Below are positions 1 through 10,050 of a stretch of DNA of 64,000 bases, piece after piece (the first letter of the stretch is position 1; each line of letters begins with the position of its first letter). Made by a program: the position numbers and the translations under genes. The stretch spans positions 3,418,658 to 3,482,657 of the forward strand of contig CP070666.1 in the NCBI GenBank assembly GCA_020351775.1, in the 5' to 3' direction. The DNA comes from Gemmatimonadota bacterium (lineage in GTDB: Bacteria > Gemmatimonadota > Gemmatimonadetes > Gemmatimonadales > GWC2-71-9). The notes below the pieces were generated by a model. That model was given only the letters and a program-made list of their open reading frames with translations, did not search any database and was not told the DNA's origin.

Positions 1-100
1 TCAGCCAAGCATACTAAGATCGGGCTCGAGAGCCAACTTTAGACCGCCGACAGCAGTGCCCATCTCAACCCTCGTCAACAGTCAGGGTTGTGGGACCGGA

Positions 101-535
101 CTACTCTTCGGGCGAGACACCCTCGTCGGGCTGTTCGTCTTGCTGTTCGGCCTCTGGGGCAGCGCGGGACCTGCGGATTCTCTGGACCAGGTCCGAGCCC
201 GCGGTCATGGCACTTTCCGCAATCTGATCGGCGACATCGAGGAGCGATACGGCCAGGGCTCGGACCGCTTGTTCCATGGACTCCGGCGGGACCGTCAGCG
301 ACCGCCGCGCCGGCACGGCCGCAGGCTCGAACACTTCGAGGATCTCCTGCAGCGCCTCATCGGCACGACGACGCACTTCGGGCGTGTTCTCACCGATCGT
401 ACGTGAGCGGCGCTTCCCTTCTTCATGCCACTCGATCTTCACTTTACCGTTGGAAACGTAACGGCGTCCCGTCCGAGGTTTCTCTCCGAAGGTCCGCGTG
501 TGCCGATTATCCCGGGTACGTTTTTTGGATGGCAT
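101..535 (-). CDS. hypothetical protein with a strongly basic N-terminus and an acidic C-terminal tail
   Basis: 144-aa ORF 83 nt downstream of the feoA-like gene on the same strand. The N-terminus (KKRTRDNRHTRTFGEKPRTGRRYVSNGKVKIEWHEEGKRRSRTIG) resembles a nucleic-acid-binding arm. No catalytic motif recognised. Confidence 0.4.
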   Translation of the reverse strand: MPSKKRTRDNRHTRTFGEKPRTGRRYVSNGKVKIEWHEEGKRRSRTIGENTPEVRRRADEALQEILEVFEPAAVPARRSLTVPPESMEQAVRALAVSLLDVADQIAESAMTAGSDLVQRIRRSRAAPEAEQQDEQPDEGVSPEE

Positions 536-617
536 ACTGACACTACGGGCGCACCACAGCCGGAGTTACAGGCCGCGCCCAGCAGTGCGGTTGAGGGCGA
601 TCCCTCGGCTCGGGCTC

Positions 618-1052
618 TCAGGCGAGTCGCTCGACCAGTATCTCGCGCGCGATGGCTGGATCGACCGCCAGCTCGGTCTCGCCCACCTGTACCACACAGG
701 CAGGAAGTTGTTGCACGAGCGTGATTTCGGCTTCCGGAACGAGTCCAAACACTGCTAGCGTGTTGTGGCGCGAGCCGTTGTCGCCACCCAGGCAGATCAC
801 CCTTGCCTGCTCGCCCCGCTTGAGATCTCTGAGCGGCACTATCCCCTCCGGAAGTCGGGGCTTCTGCGCCTCCTCACGGCCGAACAATCGATGCAACCAG
901 GAGACCTTGCGCTGGTGTTCGAGGAACTCGTACTGACAGGATGGACAGCGGACGAAGTTGCACGACCCGCCCAGGGGACAGCCGTGGGCGCACAGCGTGT
1001 CCAGCTTCTCAAACTCGAACCCGCAAAGAGGGCAGTTCAGGTATTCAGCCAT
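618..1052 (-). CDS. feoA: FeoA-domain protein with a Cys-rich zinc-ribbon-like N-terminal extension
   Basis: Start taken at MAEYLNCPLCGFEFEKLDTLCAHGCPLGGSCNFVRCPSCQYEF (9 Cys). The C-terminal half (VPLRDLKRGEQARVICLGGD...GLVPEAEITLVQQLPACVVQVGETELAVD) is a typical FeoA SH3-like domain. It overlaps the feoB stop by 16 nt. Confidence 0.75.
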   Translation of the reverse strand: MAEYLNCPLCGFEFEKLDTLCAHGCPLGGSCNFVRCPSCQYEFLEHQRKVSWLHRLFGREEAQKPRLPEGIVPLRDLKRGEQARVICLGGDNGSRHNTLAVFGLVPEAEITLVQQLPACVVQVGETELAVDPAIAREILVERLA

Positions 1053-2980
1053 TCGCCCAAGTGGTTGACAGCACCCCCGACGAGGAATGCAAACGGGAAG
1101 ATGAAACCGGCCATGCGCCAAGCCACACGCACGCCCTGCTCCTTGGCGATCATTAGGAAGTTAGCAAAACACGGCATGAACAGTGTAATCGTCACCATCG
1201 CCACCAGTATCTGATGGGGGCTGAGCACCGGGTCAGCGCCAATTGCAGCATCCAGGATATAGACCGCGCCAAAATCCCGCCTCATGAACCCAACCAGAAA
1301 CGCGTTGGTGATCTCCGCGGGGAGTCCGAGCCACCCAGTCACCAAGGGCTCGCCAACCCGCGCGATCACCGTCAGGAATCCCAGCCGCTCCAACAAGAAC
1401 AGGATGGCTGTCCCAATCACAAAGATCGGGATCACCTCCTTGAGATACCAGTTCAGCCGTGCATACGTCTTGGCAACCACGTTCTTCACGTGCGGTCTGC
1501 GCATCGGGGGGACTTCTAGGATGAATTCACTGGTTTGACCCGGGAACAGTCTCGAGGTCAGCCAGCCGACAGCGAATATGACCGCAACTAGGAGGCCTAT
1601 CCAGAAAATGGCTCCTGCAGGCGAGAGAGCTGCCATTAGGGCCAGCAAGACGCCCAACTGCGCTGAGCAGGGGATAGCCAAGGCCAGCAGCATCGTGGTG
1701 ATAATGCGCTCCTTCCGGGTTTCGAGGATTCTCGTCGTCATCGTGGCCATCGTGTCGCATCCCAGCCCCAGGATCATCGGCAAGACGGCCTTGCCGTTCA
1801 GTCCCATGATCCGAAACACACGGTTCACCATGATAGCCATACGCGAGAAGTAGCCCGAGTCCTCAAGTATGCTGAATACGAGGAAGAACGTGGTCACAAT
1901 CGGCAGTACGATGGCGAGGGCGTAGCTCAGGGCCATCGTGATCGTGCCGAATTCACCGACTAGCAGGTCGTGCAGGAATCGCCACACCTGTTGCCGTAGG
2001 CTGAGCGAGATATCCGCCGGCTCCTGGTAGGCCGGCACGATCACTTCTCTCTGGGCAGTGACGATGCCAAGTTCGTGCACCGGCGAAAGCGGCACGCTGA
2101 CCCCCAGCGGGATCGACTCGGTCTCGTGAGTGTGGGGGAAAGGCAAAACCGCGTCCACAGCCTGAATCGCGATCGGCGCCACTTGTTGCCGGAACACTCC
2201 TGTTTCCAGCAGATCCACTAGTGTGCCGGCGCCGAACAGGCCCACGATCCAGAACACCGCCAGCAACGCGACCGCCAGAAACCCCACTCCCTTTACTGGA
2301 TGCATCGCCCAAAACCCCAGCCGCACTTTGAGCGAGGGGCTCTCGGGCTGACTCATCGAATAGGTCTCGGCCAGGATGTCGTTCACCTGGCCCAAGCGAG
2401 CGCGGTTACCCACATACTCGTTTACCGGCTCCGCCGCCAACCAAGAGCCGCTTGGTGGCTGCGCCCGGGGGAGCGCCTCGATCAGCTGCCGCGTCCCCTG
2501 GTTTCGAGGAGCCACGGTCATCACTACCGGTACGCCCAATATTTCACTCAACCGCGCGCAGTCTATTTGCCCGCCACGCTCCTCCAGTTCGTCTGCCATG
2601 TTAAGCACCAAAACAGTGGGACGCTTCAAGTCGGCGAGCTGCAGGGTCAGTAGCAGGGCGCGGCGCAGATTTCTGGCGTCGGCCACCTGAATGATGGTCG
2701 CGTCATCGTGCTTGGCGAGTAGCTCGCGGGTCACTCGTGCGTCATCACTCCGCTGGGACAGATCGTTTATCCCAGGGGTGTCAATAACAGCCACCTCGTG
2801 TCCATCGAAGCTGGCCCGTGCCTCTACTATCTCGACAGTGGTGCCCGGGAAATTCGAGACGGTGACGTACCGATCGGTGAGGTTCTTGAACAGGACGCTC
2901 TTACCCACGTTGGGGTTACCCACCAAGACAGTGACCTTCCCCGGGTTCGCGGTGTCGTCAGCACGTTGCGCGCGGTTCAT
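1037..2980 (-). CDS. feoB: ferrous iron transport protein B
   Basis: 647 aa. N-terminal G-domain (GNPNVGKSVLFN, DTPG, NMAD) followed by a polytopic gate/nucleoside-recognition membrane domain. Confidence 0.95.
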   Translation of the reverse strand: MNRAQRADDTANPGKVTVLVGNPNVGKSVLFKNLTDRYVTVSNFPGTTVEIVEARASFDGHEVAVIDTPGINDLSQRSDDARVTRELLAKHDDATIIQVADARNLRRALLLTLQLADLKRPTVLVLNMADELEERGGQIDCARLSEILGVPVVMTVAPRNQGTRQLIEALPRAQPPSGSWLAAEPVNEYVGNRARLGQVNDILAETYSMSQPESPSLKVRLGFWAMHPVKGVGFLAVALLAVFWIVGLFGAGTLVDLLETGVFRQQVAPIAIQAVDAVLPFPHTHETESIPLGVSVPLSPVHELGIVTAQREVIVPAYQEPADISLSLRQQVWRFLHDLLVGEFGTITMALSYALAIVLPIVTTFFLVFSILEDSGYFSRMAIMVNRVFRIMGLNGKAVLPMILGLGCDTMATMTTRILETRKERIITTMLLALAIPCSAQLGVLLALMAALSPAGAIFWIGLLVAVIFAVGWLTSRLFPGQTSEFILEVPPMRRPHVKNVVAKTYARLNWYLKEVIPIFVIGTAILFLLERLGFLTVIARVGEPLVTGWLGLPAEITNAFLVGFMRRDFGAVYILDAAIGADPVLSPHQILVAMVTITLFMPCFANFLMIAKEQGVRVAWRMAGFIFPFAFLVGGAVNHLGEWLNT

Positions 2981-3264
2981 CTCGGTCCGACTCTGGTATT
3001 TGAGTGCAGCTGAAAGACCCTACTTAGAATACGTGGCTCAACACACGCCGCCCCAGGGCGGCGCCCAACCCCGCGTTCTTGACGAGGGCTTCAAGATAAC
3101 CCGTGCCACGGCAATCGGGGCACTATGCTCCAGCCACGGAAGGGCACTGACTGGCAGCTGGCCGAGTCGGCCGGTCCGACTTGAGTAACTTTGACTCGAC
3201 TCGACCGCGCCGGCTGCGGCTGGAGCCCGAGAGGCTGTTCCGGTCTACTCGAAGGGAGGTACCC

Positions 3265-3543
3265 GTGAAAGCACTTGCCGAGATACAGGTCGTTCCCATC
3301 GGTGTAGGTGTATCAGTGCGTAAGGAGGTCAAGCGAGCCCATGAGCTGCTCGTCGAATCCGGGCTCGAGGTTCAGCTACACTCCTATGGTACCAACGTGG
3401 AGGGCGAACTGGGCCAGATCTTCCGAGCCGTGGAGACTATCCACGAAACGTTACACCGGGAGGGAACCGCCCGCATAATGACGTCCATCAAGGTCGGCAC
3501 CAGGACCGACAAGGCACCCAGCCTGGCCGGCAAGTTGTTCTGA
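3265..3543 (+). CDS. MTH1187/YkoF-family (DUF77) thiamine-binding-like small protein
   Basis: GTG start 5 nt after a GGGAGG Shine-Dalgarno. Sequence VKALAEIQVVPIGVGVSVRKEV...HSYGTNVEGEL...MTSIKVGTRTDK fits the MTH1187 fold family. Confidence 0.75.
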   Translation: MKALAEIQVVPIGVGVSVRKEVKRAHELLVESGLEVQLHSYGTNVEGELGQIFRAVETIHETLHREGTARIMTSIKVGTRTDKAPSLAGKLF

Positions 3544-3620
3544 AAGAGCAGTCCGGCTTGACCCGGATCGGACGCAGTCAGAACTTAGTAGTGGGCCAAA
3601 TCCCTCAACCGAGCCGGCAG

Positions 3621-4334
3621 ATGCTTCTCAACTCGCGCCGTTTGTTGCTTGGCTTGGCATGGCTCGCAGCAGCCGTACCAGTGCCGGGTCAGGACCGTAG
3701 CGCCACCCACGAGGGCCGGCGTCAGGCAATGGTGGATCTGATCGAGCACCGCGGCGTCACGGACTCGGCAACTTTGGCGGCCATGAGAGCTGTCCCACGC
3801 CACGAGTTTGTGCCAGCAGATCAAGCCGACCGGGCATACGCAGACCATCCCCTCCCGATCGGCTACGGGCAGACAATCTCACAGCCCTACATAGTCGCGT
3901 ACATGACCGAGATCCTGGAGCCGGCACCCAGGATGAAAGTGCTGGAGATAGGCACCGGCTCCGGATACCAGGCGGCAGTTCTGGCAGAAATCGGATGTGA
4001 CGTCTACACGGTAGAGATATTCGGAGCATTGGCCCGCAGCGCACGGGAGAGACTGGACCGGCTTGGTCTTCATGTAACGTCGCGTCACGGCGACGGCCAC
4101 TTCGGCTGGTCGGAGGCAGCCCCGTTTGATGCCGTGATCGTGACGGCAGCGGCTGGATACATTCCACCCGCGCTGGTACAACAACTCAAGCCGGGGGGGA
4201 GACTGGTGATTCCCGTCGGGAGCGTGTACGGCGTTCAGAATCTCATCTTGGTAGAAAAGGACCTCGACGGCGCAACAACGACTCGCAACCTGCTGCCGGT
4301 GCGTTTCGTTCCCATGCTGAGCGGACTTCGCTGA
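3621..4334 (+). CDS. pcm: protein-L-isoaspartate O-methyltransferase with an N-terminal signal-like segment
   Basis: Motifs PRHEFVP, GYGQTISQPYIVA and the SAM motif LEIGTGSGYQAAVLAE. The reading frame is open from a TTG at 3558, so the start is uncertain. Confidence 0.9.
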   Translation: MLLNSRRLLLGLAWLAAAVPVPGQDRSATHEGRRQAMVDLIEHRGVTDSATLAAMRAVPRHEFVPADQADRAYADHPLPIGYGQTISQPYIVAYMTEILEPAPRMKVLEIGTGSGYQAAVLAEIGCDVYTVEIFGALARSARERLDRLGLHVTSRHGDGHFGWSEAAPFDAVIVTAAAGYIPPALVQQLKPGGRLVIPVGSVYGVQNLILVEKDLDGATTTRNLLPVRFVPMLSGLR

Positions 4335-4339
4335 TCTCA

Positions 4340-6745
4340 GTGCGGCAAATCGCCCGACCGCTAGCCGTCGCCTTCATCTCGGCCGGGTCCCTGGCATTTG
4401 AGCTCCTCTTGGTCAGGCTCTTCGCGATCGAGCATTTTTATCACTTTGCCTACATGGCGGTGGGCGTTGCCATGCTGGGCTTTGGCGTCACGGGCACGGT
4501 CGTCGCGCTGGCAGGGCAGGTAAGCCACACAGTCACGCTGCGCCTGTTTCTATGGTCCAGCGGCGCGGCGGCTGCAGCTTTCGTCCTGGTCCCTTTCGCG
4601 GTCCAGGCAACCTCGGTCGATCCCACTCAGTTGGCATGGGATCTCAATCAGTGGCTCAAGCTCGCAGCGGTGTACCTCCTGCTGGCACTGCCGTTCAGCC
4701 TTAGCGCCGTGACGATCCTCACGGGACTTACGCTCGCTGCCGCCAGGCCCGGCTATATCTACGGCGCCAGCTTTCTCGGGTCCGGCGTCGGTGCAGTTGC
4801 TTGTGTCGTGTCCCTCTGGTTCCTCTCCCCTGTGAGGGCTTTGGCCCTCCCCGCGCTGCTGGCCTCCTTTGGCTTTGCGGTCGCCGCGCTGACGGTCGAA
4901 CGAGCGCATCGCGCCCGCATGATGGCACTCGCCATGATGGGCGCTGCATTGCTCACGCTCGCCGTGTCGCCCTGGCGGCTGACCATCTCGCCCTACAAGG
5001 GACTGCCCCAGGTCGAGGCCTACCCTGACGCACAGCGCGTGGCAGAACAGAGCAGTCCACTGGGATGGACGGTCGCAGTCGCCGCTCCAGCCTTTCGCTT
5101 TGCGCCGGGGCTCTCCCTGGGATTCAACGGAGCGTTTCCGCAGCAGACTGCCTTGTTCGTTGACGGTGCAATAGCCGGTGCCGTTCCCGAGGTGGGCAGC
5201 GATGCGGAGACTTCTGCGGTCCTCGATTGGCTGCCCACGTCGCTGCCCTATTCACTCGGCCCTGCTGAGCGAGTGCTGATTGTCGGCTCGGCGGGTGGAC
5301 TGGAGGTTTATAACGCACTCGCCCACGGTGCGACGCACACAACGGCAGTTGAGTTGAACCCCGATCTGGTAGCACTGTCACGCACCGGCCGGCTGATGAG
5401 TGCCGAGCGGGATGGACGACTGGTCTGGGTGATAGGTGATGCTCGCGGCTACGTGGCAAGGACGCGCCAGTCTTTCGACGTCATCGTGCTCCCTCCGGCG
5501 GGAAGCCTCGGGAGCGCAACGGCGGGAGTGTACGGATTGGCCGAGGATTTCCTGCATACGATCGAGGCGTACGGCGAGTACCTGAACCGGCTCACCGAGG
5601 ATGGCACTCTGGCGATCACACGTTGGACCAGCCTACCTCCGCGGTCCTCCATCCGTGTCATACTGACCGCTGCTGAGGCACTGCGGAGACTGAAGCCCGA
5701 GAGTGTGGCCACCGGACTGGTAGTAGCTCGCAGTTGGGGTACCGCCACAGTCCTCGTCAGGCCAGCTGGCTTCACTGAGAGTGAGATCGAGAGCCTACGC
5801 GCTTGGGCGGCCAAGCGCCTGTTCGATCTCGACTGGTATCCTGGTCTGAGCGAACCTGCGATTCGGTACAACTACCTTGAGGAGCCTACGCTGTTCCTGG
5901 CGGTGGATGCTGCTGTTCGAGGACCAAACAGCTCGAGACGATTCTCCGCGGATTATGCGTTTGACGTGGCTCCGGTAAGCGATGCACAACCGTACCCCCA
6001 CCGGTTCCTGCGTATCAGCTCGCTGGTGTCGCTGCTGAGCAGCGATCGCGGCAGTTGGCTTCCCTTCGCGGAGTGGGGTCAGATCGCGCTTGTTGCTACA
6101 CTGGTTCAAAGCGTGCTGTTGGCAGGCTTGCTGATGCTAGTGCCGGCCGCCTTCATCCGCGACGTGAGGAGCGGAACCGGTTGGCTGCTGCTGGTCACCT
6201 ACTTCGGAACCATTGGGATGGCTTATCTAGCTGCCGAGATCGCGGCAATTCAGCAGCTGAGCCTGCTTCTAGGTCACCCAGTCTACGCTGTCGCCATCGT
6301 CCTGACGGGGTTCTTGGCTTCGTCCGGCGTGGGCAGCATCTGCTCCGATCGCTGGGCTCAGTCGACCACTTGGAAGGTCTGCACCGGTCTGACGGTGCTG
6401 CTTGTGGTGCTGGCTTTCACTCTACTGTCCGTTGTACACATGCTGCAGCCGATTCACCTGGCACTGCGCGCGGCCGCTGGGGTGATACTGATCGTCCCAC
6501 TGGCGTTTCTCATGGGTGCCCCGTTCCCCATGGGAATCCGCTCACTTACCGGGCGCCAGAGGAGTGGCGTGGCATGGGCCTGGGCGGCAAACGGGTTCAT
6601 GTCCGTTGTGACCGCTCCTCTAGCAGCATTGATGGCACTCGAGCTGGGATCGCCCGCCCTACTGCTGCTCGCTGCAACAGCCTATGCGGTGGCAGCTGTA
6701 ATCGGCCGCGCGGGGCAGTTGAGGTATCTTGCCACACCGCGCTAG
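4340..6745 (+). CDS. polytopic membrane protein with a central spermidine synthase-like (SAM-MTase fold) domain
   Basis: 801 aa. Multiple TM helices lie at both ends. The central region (VLIVGSAGGLEVYNAL...VELNPDLV...VIGDARGYV...FDVIVLPP) is spermidine-synthase-like. Confidence 0.75.
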   Translation: MRQIARPLAVAFISAGSLAFELLLVRLFAIEHFYHFAYMAVGVAMLGFGVTGTVVALAGQVSHTVTLRLFLWSSGAAAAAFVLVPFAVQATSVDPTQLAWDLNQWLKLAAVYLLLALPFSLSAVTILTGLTLAAARPGYIYGASFLGSGVGAVACVVSLWFLSPVRALALPALLASFGFAVAALTVERAHRARMMALAMMGAALLTLAVSPWRLTISPYKGLPQVEAYPDAQRVAEQSSPLGWTVAVAAPAFRFAPGLSLGFNGAFPQQTALFVDGAIAGAVPEVGSDAETSAVLDWLPTSLPYSLGPAERVLIVGSAGGLEVYNALAHGATHTTAVELNPDLVALSRTGRLMSAERDGRLVWVIGDARGYVARTRQSFDVIVLPPAGSLGSATAGVYGLAEDFLHTIEAYGEYLNRLTEDGTLAITRWTSLPPRSSIRVILTAAEALRRLKPESVATGLVVARSWGTATVLVRPAGFTESEIESLRAWAAKRLFDLDWYPGLSEPAIRYNYLEEPTLFLAVDAAVRGPNSSRRFSADYAFDVAPVSDAQPYPHRFLRISSLVSLLSSDRGSWLPFAEWGQIALVATLVQSVLLAGLLMLVPAAFIRDVRSGTGWLLLVTYFGTIGMAYLAAEIAAIQQLSLLLGHPVYAVAIVLTGFLASSGVGSICSDRWAQSTTWKVCTGLTVLLVVLAFTLLSVVHMLQPIHLALRAAAGVILIVPLAFLMGAPFPMGIRSLTGRQRSGVAWAWAANGFMSVVTAPLAALMALELGSPALLLLAATAYAVAAVIGRAGQLRYLATPR

Positions 6746-6925
6746 TAGCAATCGGCCCCGCAGCCCAAGCCGAGCGCTGTGGGATTGGCGGCCGGAACCA
6801 GCGGTGTCGTCACTGTCTCAGCGCAGCCTTGCCAGCGCGTCCGATCCTCGCGAGTATCAGTGAGATTGTCGACCAAACTTTGTGTACGAGATCGGCATGC
6901 GGGCTGGACATTCACCGGACTTTCG

Positions 6926-8680
6926 ATGACACGACGAGACATTCTCATGACATTCGTTCAAGTCGGACGGGGTGCGACGCTTCCGGCGGCACTCGCCGTC
7001 GTGCTGTGTGCGGGCTGTGAGCCGGGGCCGGCAGACCTAGTACTGCGGCACGGCAAGGTCGTGACAGTCGACTCCACCAACCCTGTAGCTGAGGCGGTAG
7101 CGGTGACGCAGGACAGGATCGTCGCTGTCGGTTCTGACGAGGAGATCGCAGGGTACATCGATTCAAACACTGAAGTAATCGACCTTGGGGGCAAACTTGC
7201 CATTCCAGGTTTCATCGAGGGACACGGACACTACATGTCGTTGGGACGGGCCCAAATGGAGCTCGATCTCACTGCGGCTAGCAGCTGGGACGAGATCGTG
7301 ACCATGGTTGCTCGGGCGGCCGCTGCCTCCGCACCGGGAGAGTGGATTCTGGGACGGGGTTGGCATCAGGAAAAGTGGGACACAACGCTGCATCCGAGTG
7401 TCGAGGGGTTGCCACTGCACGACGAGCTGAGTCGCGTCTCGCCGGACAATCCCGTCTACCTGACTCACGCCAGTGGACACGCGTCTTTCGCCAACGCGAA
7501 GGCCATGGAGTTGGCAGGGATCGCGGCTCACACGCCAAACCCACCTGGCGGACAGATCGTGCATGACGAGCAGGGTAATCCAACCGGTGCCTTGCGCGAG
7601 AGGGCCCAAGATCTCGTAAGCGGTCTGATTGCGGAGGCAGACGCGAGCCGGACGCCAGAGGAGAGAGAGAGATACAACCAAGAGGTGGTACGGCTGGCGG
7701 GGCTGGAAGCACTTTCCAACGGTGTCACCAGCTTCCATGACGCGGGTGCCTCGTTTGAGACAATTGAGATGTTCAGGCAGCTGGCCGATGAAGGCAGCCT
7801 ACCCGTGCGGCTCTATGTCATGGTCCGATACCAGACCAACGAGGAGCTGGAGGAGCGTCTTCCAGATTACCGAATGGTCAACTACGGCAACGGGTTCCTC
7901 ACTGTACGATCGATCAAGCGACAGATCGATGGTGCATTGGGAGCGCACGGTGCGTGGCTGCTCGAGCCCTATGAGGACCTACCGTCGAGTTATGGGCTCG
8001 TGCTCGAGCCAGTCGAGGACATCGCTCGAACGGCTGAGATCGCGATAGAGCACGGTTTCCAGCTCGACACGCATGCGATTGGAGACCGGGCAAACCGTGA
8101 GGTCTTGGACCTCTATAAGGCGATCTTCGAGGCCAATCCGGACAAGACCGACCTCCGTTGGCGGATTGAGCATGCGCAGCATTTGCACCCGAAGGACGTG
8201 TCCCGCTTCGCAGAGCTGCAGATTGTGGCGGCGATGCAGGGCGTCCACTGCACATCGGATGCGCCTTGGGTCTTCAAGCGGCTCGGTGCACAACGAGCTG
8301 CAGAAGGTGCCTACGTGTGGCAGGATCTCATCAGGTCTGGAGCCGTTATCACAAACGGTACGGACACACCGGTTGAGGACATCGACCCGGTAGCGGGCTT
8401 CTACGCTTCGGTGTCACGCAGGATGAGCGACGGTGAGGTCTTCTTCCCCGACCAGCGGATGAGTCGACAGGAGGCCCTGGAGTCGTACACGATCAACAAT
8501 GCTTACGCCGCATTCGAGGAGGACATCAAGGGATCGCTGACCCCCGGGAAGTTGGCAGACATAGTGGTGCTCTCCCATGACATCATGACAATGCCGGAGG
8601 ACGAGATTTCAAGAACAACAGTCGTGTATACCATCGTGGGCGGCCGTGTCGCATACAGCAGTCCGCCCGCGGGCAATTAG
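6926..8680 (+). CDS. amidohydrolase-family (amidohydrolase 3) secreted protein or lipoprotein
   Basis: Start at MTRRDILMTF...LCAGC (Tat/lipobox-like). Contains metal-binding GFIEGHGHY and the later HAIGD and EHAQ motifs. Confidence 0.85.
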   Translation: MTRRDILMTFVQVGRGATLPAALAVVLCAGCEPGPADLVLRHGKVVTVDSTNPVAEAVAVTQDRIVAVGSDEEIAGYIDSNTEVIDLGGKLAIPGFIEGHGHYMSLGRAQMELDLTAASSWDEIVTMVARAAAASAPGEWILGRGWHQEKWDTTLHPSVEGLPLHDELSRVSPDNPVYLTHASGHASFANAKAMELAGIAAHTPNPPGGQIVHDEQGNPTGALRERAQDLVSGLIAEADASRTPEERERYNQEVVRLAGLEALSNGVTSFHDAGASFETIEMFRQLADEGSLPVRLYVMVRYQTNEELEERLPDYRMVNYGNGFLTVRSIKRQIDGALGAHGAWLLEPYEDLPSSYGLVLEPVEDIARTAEIAIEHGFQLDTHAIGDRANREVLDLYKAIFEANPDKTDLRWRIEHAQHLHPKDVSRFAELQIVAAMQGVHCTSDAPWVFKRLGAQRAAEGAYVWQDLIRSGAVITNGTDTPVEDIDPVAGFYASVSRRMSDGEVFFPDQRMSRQEALESYTINNAYAAFEEDIKGSLTPGKLADIVVLSHDIMTMPEDEISRTTVVYTIVGGRVAYSSPPAGN

Positions 8681-8697
8681 CAGCCAGGAGATGCTGT

Positions 8698-8994
8698 ATG
8701 ACTCCGGGAAACATAGACACACTCATAACCGTGATCGGGGTGATAGCATTCCTGAGCCTCGGGCTCGGTGGTCTCAAGATCATTGTCGGTGCTTGGGTCA
8801 AGCGCAAGGAACTCGCTGCGGGAGGCGACGCAGACAAGTTCCTAGAAGCAATTGAGGCTGTGCGATCGGAACAGGACGAGCTACGCAATCAACTGAACGG
8901 CGAAATAGCCGATCTCCAGGAGCGGGTGGATTTCGCGGAAAGACTGCTCACCAAGGGTCAATACGATCCCAGACACGGTGAAATGGAACACTAG
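8698..8994 (+). CDS. small membrane protein with a coiled-coil tail (hypothetical)
   Basis: 98 aa. One clear TM helix (LITVIGVIAFLSLGLGGLKIIVGAW) followed by a charged helical region. Confidence 0.5.
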   Translation: MTPGNIDTLITVIGVIAFLSLGLGGLKIIVGAWVKRKELAAGGDADKFLEAIEAVRSEQDELRNQLNGEIADLQERVDFAERLLTKGQYDPRHGEMEH

Positions 8995-9051
8995 TCGAGT
9001 CGTTTTGCACCGTGGCTTGCGGAGACAGGAAGACCCCCAGCCAAACCTGCG

Positions 9052-10050
9052 ATGACTCACGAATCCCACCTATCACTGAGCGACTACGATATCGCTGCGG
9101 CGCAGCGTGCAGTCACGCAGATCGCCATCCCGACCCCGGTGGTACGTTCGGCCCCGTTGACGAAATCGCTGGGCCGAACCGTGGTGCTGAAGCTCGAGAA
9201 CCTGCAAGTCACTGGCTCCTTCAAAGTGCGGGGCGCGGCCAACCGCCTGCTGCACCTGACCGAAGCTGAGCGTCGCACGGGGATCGTAACCTGTTCGAGC
9301 GGCAACCACGGGCGGGCGGTGTCGTACGTGGCGGAGCTGCTCGGCATACCGGCGACCGTGTGCGTTCCCAAATGGGTGGACCCGGTCAAACTTGCGGCAA
9401 TAAGACAGCACGGAGCAGAGGCTGTATTACACGGGATGACGTACGACGACGCCGAGCAGCGGTCGCTCGAGATAGCATGGGAACGAAACGTCAACTACAT
9501 CCATCCGTTTGACGATCCTCGCATCATTGCAGGCCAGGGGACCATCGGTCGCGAGCTACTCGAGCAGTTCCCCCCTATCGACTGCGTCGTGGTTCCACTT
9601 TCGGGGGGAGGGTTGATTGCCGGAATCGCTATAGCCCTCAAGTCCCACAATCCCGAGATAGCGGTCATCGGGGTATCGGCTCTCAATGCGTCCGTGATGG
9701 TGCAGAGCCTGCGAGCCGGGAAACCGATCACGGTCCCCGAGCAAGAGACGATCGCAAATGCGCTCGCGGGCGGCATCGACCTCAACAACAAACACACATT
9801 CCGGTTGGTGCGAGACCTGGTGGACGAGCACATTCTGGTGTCGGAAGACGAGATTCGTTCAGCGATGGTCTTTGCCGCGGAGGAGCACAAGCTCGTGGTT
9901 GAAGGTGGGGGTGCTGTCGGCATAGCGGCACTGCTGGGCCGCCATTGTAGTCAGCTGGGCGAGAACGTTGCACTGGTCATAAGTGGTGGGAATGTCGGAC
10001 TCGACACGCTGGTAAGACTCCGGACCAGCACGCAGAACGCAACTCCATGA
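9052..10050 (+). CDS. PLP-dependent threonine/serine dehydratase
   Basis: PLP-lysine motif SFKVRGA, the CSSGNHG motif, and a glycine-rich phosphate loop PLSGGGLIAG. Confidence 0.85.
   Translation: MTHESHLSLSDYDIAAAQRAVTQIAIPTPVVRSAPLTKSLGRTVVLKLENLQVTGSFKVRGAANRLLHLTEAERRTGIVTCSSGNHGRAVSYVAELLGIPATVCVPKWVDPVKLAAIRQHGAEAVLHGMTYDDAEQRSLEIAWERNVNYIHPFDDPRIIAGQGTIGRELLEQFPPIDCVVVPLSGGGLIAGIAIALKSHNPEIAVIGVSALNASVMVQSLRAGKPITVPEQETIANALAGGIDLNNKHTFRLVRDLVDEHILVSEDEIRSAMVFAAEEHKLVVEGGGAVGIAALLGRHCSQLGENVALVISGGNVGLDTLVRLRTSTQNATP

Noticed and set aside
101-535. Truncated phage-type integrase (AP2-like arm-binding N-terminus) at the window edge.
   Set aside because: Only a vague basic beta-hairpin-like resemblance exists (YVSNGKVKIEW..GKRRSRTIG). 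There are no core-binding or catalytic R-H-R-Y motifs and no att-like repeats, so it is kept as hypothetical.
3060-3264. Possible TPP (THI-box) riboswitch in the 285-nt divergent region upstream of the MTH1187/YkoF-like thiamine-binding homologue. It has GGGGCAC and ACUGACUGGCAG-like strings.
   Set aside because: The invariant CUGAGA element and a proper ACCUGAUCUGGAUAAUGCCAGCG pyrimidine-sensor helix are absent. The resemblance is limited to short GC-rich strings, and a cmsearch with RF00059 would be needed to revive it.
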